Assembly (NCBI GenBank): GCA_904063045.1 | Contig: CAJFCJ010000022.1 | Span: 703,812 to 767,811, forward strand | Source: Dimorphilus gyrociliatus | Lineage: Eukaryota > Animalia > Annelida | Direction: 5' to 3' | Length of the DNA stretch: 64,000 nt | In this document: positions 51,181 to 60,871 of the stretch, piece after piece | Numbering within the stretch: the first letter of the stretch is position 1 | How the letters are laid out: each line of letters starts with the position of its first letter | Translations under genes and position numbers: made by a program | Notes under the pieces: generated by a model | What the model was told of the DNA's origin: nothing | The model's database searches: none | The model's input: the letters and a program-made list of their open reading frames with translations, nothing else

Positions 51181-53440
51181 TATCCGTCTCTCCATTCGTT
51201 CGTTTATGCCCTTATTTATTTTTTTACCGTGTTTATTTATACAATTTTATTCAAATTACTTTACATCATCTTGGATAAATTCTTGGAAACATATATTATA
51301 TCGAAAATCTATTTGTGCATATGTACATTCACAACTGCTACAAGACAATAAGACAATAAAGCAGGTTAGCTTCCAAGAGTACAGAGAGAGAGAGAGAGAG
51401 AGAGAGAAAGAATCGCTGCTTAATCCAATTACAAAATCTGTTTGCTTTAATTAAAAAGAACAGAGAATTTTATTCTTTTACTTTTGATAAATGTATTTTT
51501 AATGAAGTAAAAATATAAAAACATAATAATAATAAGAATATTCGTGTAAAAAAGAAACAAGAAGCCTCCTCCCGAGAATTCAATCAAACGCCTCTTGCTA
51601 AAAAACGTTTGCTGCAGCTGACAAACATCAAACGCTTCAACAGGTGCGGCCGTTTTAAGCGGCAATTAAACGCTGCCGAAACGGGCGTTTGATGTCTGAC
51701 AGTGGGAATATTTAGGATACGAACGAAATTCTTTTATTCCCTATCGTTCTTGGAAAGTTAATGAGAAGATAAATAGAGAATGAAAAGGGAGGGGAGGCTA
51801 ACACGGCTTGCAATCCACTGAAGATTAGGTCGAAGGCGGTGACTTTACAGGGCTAAAACGAATAAGAGAAGAACGGACTATCGAGCTAGAGAGAGTGAGA
51901 GACATGGTTAATATCGGAATGCTATAGAGAGAAATGAAAATGATTTCCGTTGGCAAACTTTTTCTCTCAGACAAGGATACGAGAATAAGAAAATACGAGC
52001 AAATCTTACAAATGATTATTACAGGTGCCAATGAGTACTAGGAACAGTTGGAAACAAATAATCCAAGTTTCATTAATGAAAGTTTACGTAAATTAAATAA
52101 AATCCGGTCGACAATTTATGTAAATGAACGCCTCGAAGCGTTAAATTGAACACCAGCTATCTCGGCGGGACGTCACTTTTGGACGACTATTAACCGAGTA
52201 GATCGTGCAGATAACGCCAGCTTATTGTTGGATTACGTCATCGATTGGATTTAATTTCTAGATTATGAGAATTTTCATTACAAGAATATTATAATTATAT
52301 TTAACGTTCTATTTTTTTCTTTTTTATCAAAAACTTTTCATTTCGTGAAATTCAATAGGAAGAAAACTTTTACGCGCCGTATAACCATACGCCTTTCCCC
52401 TTTGTATCTGTGACTCCCCTTCTCTCTCTCTCTCCCTTCTTCCATATCTATATCTCTCCTACTCTTTGATCATTGAGCTCTACTCTTCTCATTCCCCCAA
52501 CACCTAAATATATGCAGTCGATACATGTGCGTCTATTGAACACCAGCATTTGCCACTTGAATATTCTACGCCATACAACAAACAACCACCATTTTATCAA
52601 TATTATCCGTTCATTCATTCGTTCGTTCATCTATCCATCTCTTTAAAATTTTCAAACTTGTCCATCTTCCCTTTTATATTCTCCAAACATGTCTCATCTA
52701 TTCACTCATTCATGCGCTTGAATGCTTACTATTCCCTTAAACGCTTATATCCTGCTGATTCTTATGTAAATGTATTAGTCTAACGCCTAAGCAGTAGAAA
52801 TGACAACAGTCCTTTTTGACGGCTTGCTCATTTCTTACACTGGCTAATCTCGTCGCAATTCATCTCTCCGCAGTCTCCCCTGACGTCATAGATTGTTGCG
52901 TAAGAGAAGAGATGAAACGTGTCTATATATAAGTTTTGGTATTCGTTACAAGTTACAGGTTATATTACGTATACCTACTGAAAATATATATATATATATA
53001 TATATGCTGTATATATGTGTGTGTACTGGCAGTGTTCTTTCGCTACTGTATAAATATATCGTTTCTATAATTACACTATGGTGTAATCTTATTATGTCAC
53101 GCTGGTAACAAAATTTCATAAAATTTCTCATCGTTCACGGATTACACATGTATAAACTTCAAAATCGAACTTGTATATGCAGCATCTGTATGTTCGATGA
53201 TACTTGAACAATAAAAGAGATGCGCAGGTTGCGGAAATCTTGTTCGAACCGATTATGCAAATAAAGATTATGTTAATTTGACCAGATGCATGCTTTGAAC
53301 CTTGTTTACATTTTATCGGTACAACTTATCGATTGATTCTATTATATCTTTTACATGTTCAAATGAACAATATAGATTGGTGTAGTCAAACTACACGTAC
53401 TCTTATCTCTTGCTTGGAGAATTTTCATTCCTTGGTGTTG

Positions 53441-53455
53441 TGGCGCCATCTATTG
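53441..53455 (-). promoter_or_regulatory. CTCF-like site (reverse) between the convergent 3' ends of snail and RXR
   Basis: The minus strand reads CAATAGATGGCGCCA, containing the AGATGGCGC core. Confidence 0.4.
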
Positions 53456-53495
53456 CCTATTTTACTCGTTAAACAGGAAGATAGCTTTACGGAGG

Positions 53496-53528
<33 letters not shown>

Positions 53529-53743
53529 TTCTATGCGAATAATTTGATGAAAAAATTTGCAATTGTTTGTCGCTCGTTTCTTTTACTTGACAAGAAAATT
53601 GAATGGAATTTTTATATCTTAATTTTCTCTTTATTATTGATAAAACTAAGCGTAAAATACGAAAATTGAATGGATTAATATCGTTAAGTGTGAAAGGTCG
53701 AAGGTGAGAAGATGCTTCTTTTGTTTCCTATTGTGTCGTTGCT

Positions 53744-55161
53744 TTAACTTTTCCCGTGGCAATGTTGATTGTAATCGAGAATTTCGATAAGAAAATTATC
53801 TATAGGTGTGTCACCGATCAACTTCAAAAAGAACAAGTGTTCAATACACTTTAAGCCTATCGATCGGAGAGTAGGCAATCGGAGGAGAAGCATAGCAAAC
53901 CGACCGGGCTCTTTTGGATATTTTTGCTTACAATATTCTTCCAGATTGCCGTAGACCTTTTCCCTGAGAGATTCAATCTTTCTAGCGTCTCTTAGACCCT
54001 TCGCGTCTGGATTAAAGAGAATAATTGTCCTGAGACATCCCAATTCGGTCTTGTCCATTTTCATATGTCTCATTTTAGCGACTAGCTCTGTTAGGACCCT
54101 GTCGAATACAACACCAACGCCCGCCTGATGGGCGGAGGAGCGATGTATATGGAGACCAGTTGAAAGCAAAAGACCTTCCTCGACTGCCACACTTCTATGG
54201 CAAAAGTTGATGATAAGTAATTCATTCCAACTAGACTTGAGGAGGGCAACCTATTAAAAAGTAATGGATAAGAGAAAACATAAAAGTGGAGTAAATGGTT
54301 AAATGGATGCGAGAAAGGATAGATCGATAAATAGATATAGATAAATGAACCGATGAATTTCAAAGGAGAAAGAGTGATAAAAGAGCAAAGGATAAATAGG
54401 AGTTTTGTTATTTAGATATCGTTCGTTTAGGAGACTAAGCTTTGGAAAATAGTTTACTTGCCTGATCTTTAAGATTTAAATCAATAAAATGTGGAATTCT
54501 CTTTGCCCAATCGACTAGTGAAACGAGTTGGTGGTCGGCCGCTTGGCAAATGTTTTGAATGGCGTTATCAGGGGCATCTATGTACGTGTCATTAACCGGC
54601 TCAACCGCTAGTTGAGCATTCAAAATCTTTTCGAGCGGCATATCAGAATTAACTGACGTGGAAGATTCCACTTGATCTTCATTATTCTTGTCCTTAGCCT
54701 TCTGCCTCTCTTCCTGAACAGCCTCTCTTTTCATACCAATTCTCAGGCATTTCGAGTAGCGACAGTACTGACATCTGTAACTCAATACGATTAGAAATAT
54801 TGAAACGATTTTTGAACGATTTGACTAGAGGGGTGAAGAGAAGGAGTAGGGCGTTGATAAGGAAGATGAGGTTAACTAGAGATAAGAGAGTTGATGAAAT
54901 TTGTTAAGAGTACAGTGAATGGGCAAGACAAGATAGAAATTAAACTGAAATAGAATGAAAGCAGACAGTCACCTGTTTCGTTGTCTTTTATCGACAACGC
55001 AGTTCCTTTCGTCCCTGCAGACATATGTGAGATCCTTACGAACCGTTCTTTTAAAAAATCCCTTGCATCCTTCGCACGAGTAAACTCCGTAGTGCTTGCC
55101 AGACGACCTATCTCCACAGATGGCGCATAGATCTTTCGAAGGGGAAATTTGAATTGGAGGA
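53744..55161 (-). CDS. RXR: Retinoid X receptor / ultraspiracle (NR2B) nuclear receptor, DBD and LBD exons; 5' end not located
   Basis: Exons 54973-55161 ([62 protein letters not shown]), 54462-54774 ([25 protein letters not shown]...[17 protein letters not shown]) and 53744-54250 ([12 protein letters not shown]...[14 protein letters not shown]...FLIEILD). The P-box CEGCKG, T-box and AF-2 are RXR-type. Confidence 0.97.
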
Positions 55162-55771
55162 CTAAAATGTGACGATATCGATGAAGAAGAGGGAGAGAGG
55201 GACGGAATAGATCCTGGAGATTTTAAATCGCTCGATCGATTATTTATTAAATCTGAAAAATAAAGAATCTTATTATTTTAATCTTGAAGAAAGCTAATCT
55301 CTCTCTCTCTCTGTTACTGGCATCATTGTAAACTACTCAGACTATCTTATATACCTAGTAGATACGGTTATAGAGAAAATATTTTCTAATATATATACTG
55401 TATATCAGTTGGAAAAAAGTATATTTTTTATACGAGATGCTCTCATTATGACGTTCTTAAGTACAGCGTGTAGCCTTCTAAAACCGAACAAATATCGATT
55501 GCAATTTAGATTACGCCTTGTCCCCAATCTAGGACAACGCGTGAATCCTGACTGACCCTTAATTTTAGGGCTAATTTCATTTTTCGGCCCAAAATATTTT
55601 TCTTGTTACTACTCAACGAAACGTAAATAGTTCGCTATATAATTAAATTAACAATGAGAAAAGAGGCTAAGAGTCGGAGAGAGATAGAGGCAGAGATATT
55701 ATTTAAATATCCATATAGAGCGTATATACTATCTATATAGGAAGAGAAAAAAAAAGTTACGTCACACCTAC

Positions 55772-55817
55772 CTACTTGACCCATGAGGTCCGAGTGAGGT
55801 GAAGACATGAGGTAGCT
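55772..55817 (-). CDS. RXR: Candidate RXR A/B-domain exon (LPHVFTSLGPHGSS)
   Basis: CCTTTTTAG acceptor and AG|GTAGGT donor. It ends in phase 2, as required to join exon 54973-55161, and is Ser/Pro/Gly-rich like RXR A/B regions. It is short and no upstream partner exon was identified. Confidence 0.45.
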
Positions 55818-55944
55818 CTAAAAAGGAGTATACTCTTTCAATACCGTCAAACAAGGAGTATTTAGAATGTAGAAAAAGGGTCTTCCACCAATACTACATA
55901 TGAATATAAATATAGCCAATATCTATATTGAACTATATGCATCC

Positions 55945-55975
<31 letters not shown>

Positions 55976-58900
55976 TACTAATATTTATATATGTATATAC
56001 AAGATATTGTAGGTAAGAAACGAATGTATTCTTGTCCAATCTTCCCTGTTGTTGGTATTTCGTTTGTCTATCTTCCACTCTTTGAATAGTCTTGCTGGTG
56101 CTGAATTGAGAAAATTTGTTGAGAATGAATCGAAGTAAATAAAGGATATTTAGGAAAAGAAGGAAAATCAATAGGTAAATATCAGCTGTGTACAAGTGTA
56201 GCGCTCGGTAGTGACTGCATAAACTATAAAGAGAGATCGCTGCATGGCGCCTGAATATAGGCGTAGTCTGCAGGTGAATTACAGGCCTCTTTTCTATTCA
56301 GACCTAACAAAATACGAATTTTTTCATCTCAAAAGGTTTTTTTTGTGTTGTACTGGCATCTGGCAACTTGGGAACCTGTCACAATCTGTCGCTTTTTATC
56401 GCCCACAATTTTAAGCCCTAACCCCCCCTCCCCCCCAACTTCCCCCCTTACCCTCTCTCTCTCTCTCTCGCTCGTTCTCTGTCTGGCTGTCTTTCTCTAC
56501 TTTTCTTTCGCTTCCCTGGCCCCACAACTCTTGGACCCTATTTATAAACCAAAATATTAGAATGCATGCTTGTACCGCTATCTGTATGCGTGTGGTGCGT
56601 ATGCAAACAGACAGGCTCGTGTATACTTACTGCTGTACATGTATACATGCATGTATGCATGCATACATACGCATATTTGTAAGCAGACGCCCACACCGAA
56701 CACTATTAGCTGTGCACAGTCGTAGGTGAATTTAATAAACAGTTGGCTTTGTAACATCAAGTTGACAACTTCTACTCGTTTATACGTATTTATACAGATT
56801 TGTACAAATATACATATATTCATAGTGCACGTATAACAAACATTTTGCATAAAATAATACGGTTAAAATGTGTACGTATGTATGCATGCGTGCAAGCTTG
56901 TCTGTCTGTCTGTCTGTCTGTCTGTGTGTGCGTGTGTGTCTGTATAGGTACGGTTGTGTTCATATAAGAGGCACCACATAGAGAGCCAGATAGGTAGATA
57001 GGTAGATGGAAAGAAATAGATAGGAAGCGTACAATACTGTATATTTTGCAAATAAAACATTACTTATAATAATACATACGGCAAAGCTGATGGTGACTTT
57101 TTCGCTCCCCGATGAGTTGCCCTTTTCTTTATTAATTAGAGCTTATCCTTCTCTGTTATTTTTACCACCTTCTTCTTCTCTCTTCATTCCCTAGTTAAAG
57201 TAGACCGAATGAGGCGTAAAATTAGTGTACAATCAATTTTTACATCATCAATCTGGGCAAGCGAACCGCCGTTATTTTTAGCGCCATTATTCATAACCCT
57301 CTTTGTATTACGGTTGGTGAACAATGCGAGGCTTTACGTTGAGGTGAAACTGCAGATGGCGACACGCTGCCTAGATGCCGACGGACAGGAGGCGTGCGAG
57401 AGGGTGAAAAGAGTTACTCAAGGGTTGACTAAGCGGTTGTTGGATCCGTTTCTTTTCCTACTTTCAATCTTTCTTTACCTTTTTACCATTTCGCTTTTTC
57501 CTTTGACTTTATTTATTGCATTTTATTTAAATTCGTTTATTCTTTCAGATGGAAAATTAAATGTTTATAAAACCTTCGAAATATCAAATTTTAATGACTT
57601 TTCTCCTTTCTCTTTTCCATAAACATTTTACTCTTCAAAAGAGAAAAGAAGATGAGGAAGAGGAAGGGATAGATAGATAGATAGATAGAATATATGTATA
57701 TTAATTGATTACTTTCTCTCTTTATTTCATTTTCCAATTTCCTAACTCTCCAAGTTTGTCACCGTTTACTTTCTTTAATCTCATTAACCCTCTCTTCTTC
57801 ATCCTTCTCTTACTTACCATACTCGTACTCTTATATCTTCAATAATTAAAACTACAACCTCATAATTTTAATCTAAACATTTAGTTAGCCTCCACCTGAA
57901 CTATGTCCTCGTAGTTCTTTCCATCGATAGATGGCGACTTTAACAATGGGATATTGTGTATAGTATCGCATTAAGGGAGTTTGCCCAAAATTGGTTTGAG
58001 AAAGGAAGAAAAGAAAAGGCTCGTTCAAACTCCCAACGGAATAAAGTTGATTAATTGTAAAACTTTGTATCGTAATGGGTGGTAGCTGAGTGGATTGTAA
58101 AAGCAGGGGCGGGGGACTGACTGGCCGGCTGACGGTCAGTTGATCCGACCGATTGACGGAGAAGACGGAAGATGGCGTGATGAATCAAATTTAAGAGCTG
58201 TTGGAGTAGGAAAGGCAATGGAGGGCATGCGTTCCACTCATAGTTGTATAGCCCTATGCGTATATTCATAGCAGCAATTCAATACGGAATTGAACAAAGT
58301 CACGAATTCCCAGGCAAAGCTGATATGTTGCATTTACCCGCCAACAACAACTAGACTTTATTACGAAATAACAATTAATTATTAATTAATACTCACATTG
58401 GCTAGTTGTTAACTTGAATTGTGTACGTTGAAGAAGGTTGTAAAAGGGCGGTTGTTATGACTGCCAATGGTGGGCGGGATTGTACATAGAATTCTTATGA
58501 GTTATGAAGAAGGAGAAGAAAAGAAAAGATAAGGCTAATTAATTATTCGAGAGGTGGAAGGTCGTATCGGGCAATTTTTAATTAGTCAACCCGTCCAATT
58601 ATGAATGGCGTCGTTATTCGAGAAGTCAGTGGCAGATCGATAAAAAAGGTAAAGAAAAGAAAGTCAAGAGTTAAATCGACTGCCTTACATCAATCACCAA
58701 ACAAAATTGACTGATTTGGCTCATTGAAGCGCGGCCAGAGATTTCAATGCTCAGAAATATACTTTTTCCCCTTTCCTTCCCATTCAAATAAGAGGGAGGG
58801 AGGGAGGGGGAGAGAAAAGAAAAAGAGAAAAACAAGTCTTTACAGTGTGTAAGAACGCAAAATTGAAAGAATAATGAATCAAATTTAGGGCGCAACTGTT

Positions 58901-59889
58901 AAAAGAATGAATTAAAATGATTTATTATAATTGTTTATCGGCCAAGAACGCCTTAAAAGGCGTCACCATTTGTTTCATAAACAGAAAACAGGCAACGTGT
59001 CACTTTGACCATATTTTTAAGTAAGGGTAATTTTAGACGGAAACAGGCGCTACTCATATTTTACGCCTGCTGTCCACTCAATGTTTGTCTTATAAACGGC
59101 TCCTACCCGACTTCTAGAGGCAGTTCTTTACGCATGATTTAACGTAGATTAGGTTACCATAAGTGTTGACATCGAAAATCGTCTGTATAGGTTCTTATTT
59201 CAGATTAGAAGAGATGAGAGAAAGAGAGGAGTATGAGGCCATTTTTAAAGAGTAGAAAAAGGCGTAATATGATACGAAGGTGCTCGAGCGAAATTTGAAC
59301 GTTTGCGATTGATAGCATTCAAGCCAGTTTAATGAAGCAGTCAATTCAAATTTTGATTAACGACGGAGGACGTGCCGTAGGTTTACATTTACAGTTTATT
59401 TTCTTTTTTTTCTCTCTATTTTCTTATAAGGTTGGTGTGGTTTTTTTTCCGCCGAATGGCGAAAAGGTGCGTGAGCAAAAAAGGCAATGCAAAAATGTGT
59501 CTTTTGACCTCTCTTCTCTGAACAGCCTCTTTTTTTTTTCTTTATTATTTTTCCTCTTCTCTCTCTGTAGTTTTTCTCCTTTTGCAAAATCTTTCTTCTT
59601 TCTTCTTTTCCCTTTTATACTGTATTTATGTACACGCACATACATATACCGTATATTAATATATTTTTTCACTATTCCACTTTCCTCTTCTTCTCCTTCT
59701 CTTATCTCTATCCTCTAATATTCTCTCTCTCGCATCGTTCCCCTCTCCTATCTCTTTTTGCTTAAATGATTACCCCTAAAATTTTACGCCACGAAACCTC
59801 CTCCACTTCCGTTTCAACAGTTGCGAAGAAAGCGTCAACTGGCAGTCGATGTCCTGCTGAGTGGGCGGGGCTTGGCGTCTATCTCTTAC

Positions 59890-59957
59890 CTTACACGACC
59901 GAATCACCTATGACCTCCTCCGACTTTGGCAGGCGAGTGGAGTCGGTGTTGCGGAAA
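59890..59957 (-). other. Candidate non-coding 5' exon of RXR in a GC-rich promoter-like island
   Basis: Consensus donor AAG|GTAAGA at 59890/59889 and TTTTACAG acceptor at 59958; all three frames contain stops. A GC box (GGGCGGGG, 59863-59870) and an ETS-like CGGAAGT lie nearby. Its position is downstream of the SoxE stop and upstream of the RXR coding exons. Confidence 0.35.
59904..59916 (-). promoter_or_regulatory. DR1-type nuclear receptor response element AGGTCA-T-AGGTGA
   Basis: The plus strand reads TCACCT A TGACCT, one mismatch from a perfect DR1. Confidence 0.45.
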
Positions 59958-60871
59958 CTGTAAAACGGCCTAGATGATTAATAAGTTGGTCAGAAAATGA
60001 TAGGAGGACAGTTTTCTTTTCAACAAGCCTGCCCATCTGCGTTGGATCATAGAGCTCCGATATCAAAGAGCCACTTGTTTCCACCATAAACTGCACGTTA
60101 TTTGCCGCCTCTTTCTTCCTATCCTTCCCTCTGCTTCGTCTATTAATTTGGCAATCGGCGATTTACTATCTTCTTTTATTTTCTTTCCGCCCCAACATAT
60201 TCTAGGCCATTGCCTAAACTTTTTTCATGTTCACTGACTGTTCGGCGCCTACATTTGTTCTGTTTTGTCCCCTCACTCACTCACTCACTCTTTCTAGAAT
60301 TGGCACGAGACGACTACTCGTAACACTGTACTTCGTGCCGTAATTCGCAACATGCGTAGAATTGGATTAGCATTGGCCGATTTATATCTATGAATTAATT
60401 TACAGATCGCGACCTTGCTGTGTGCGCGTCTCTACGAATCCAGTGCATATATTGATATAGTATTATTATTGAGTATGCGTGAACGTCTTTTGGTTTTATG
60501 GAACAATATACTTTTCTTATTTATTCTTGTGTCATCTCTTATGTACAAACAGTGCGACGCAAAATAATAAAAAAATGAACAATATGATAAACATAAAAGG
60601 CAAACAAATAACGATAATATAAGGATAATTCATTGCTTTTTTTTTTACTCTTGTTTTTCTTCATAAAGGCAGACGGAAAGGAAAATGAGATAAAAAATAA
60701 CTCTTAGAGATTTACACTGATGGTGCTACTGATATCAAACATCAAATGAGGAGAATATATAATATTCTCTACATTTACGGCAAAAGATTTTATTAAAAGA
60801 GTAAAAGGAAACCAGAAAAAAAGATATTAAGAAAGAAACTTATTCAAGACAGTTGCCTCTCTTCATATTGT

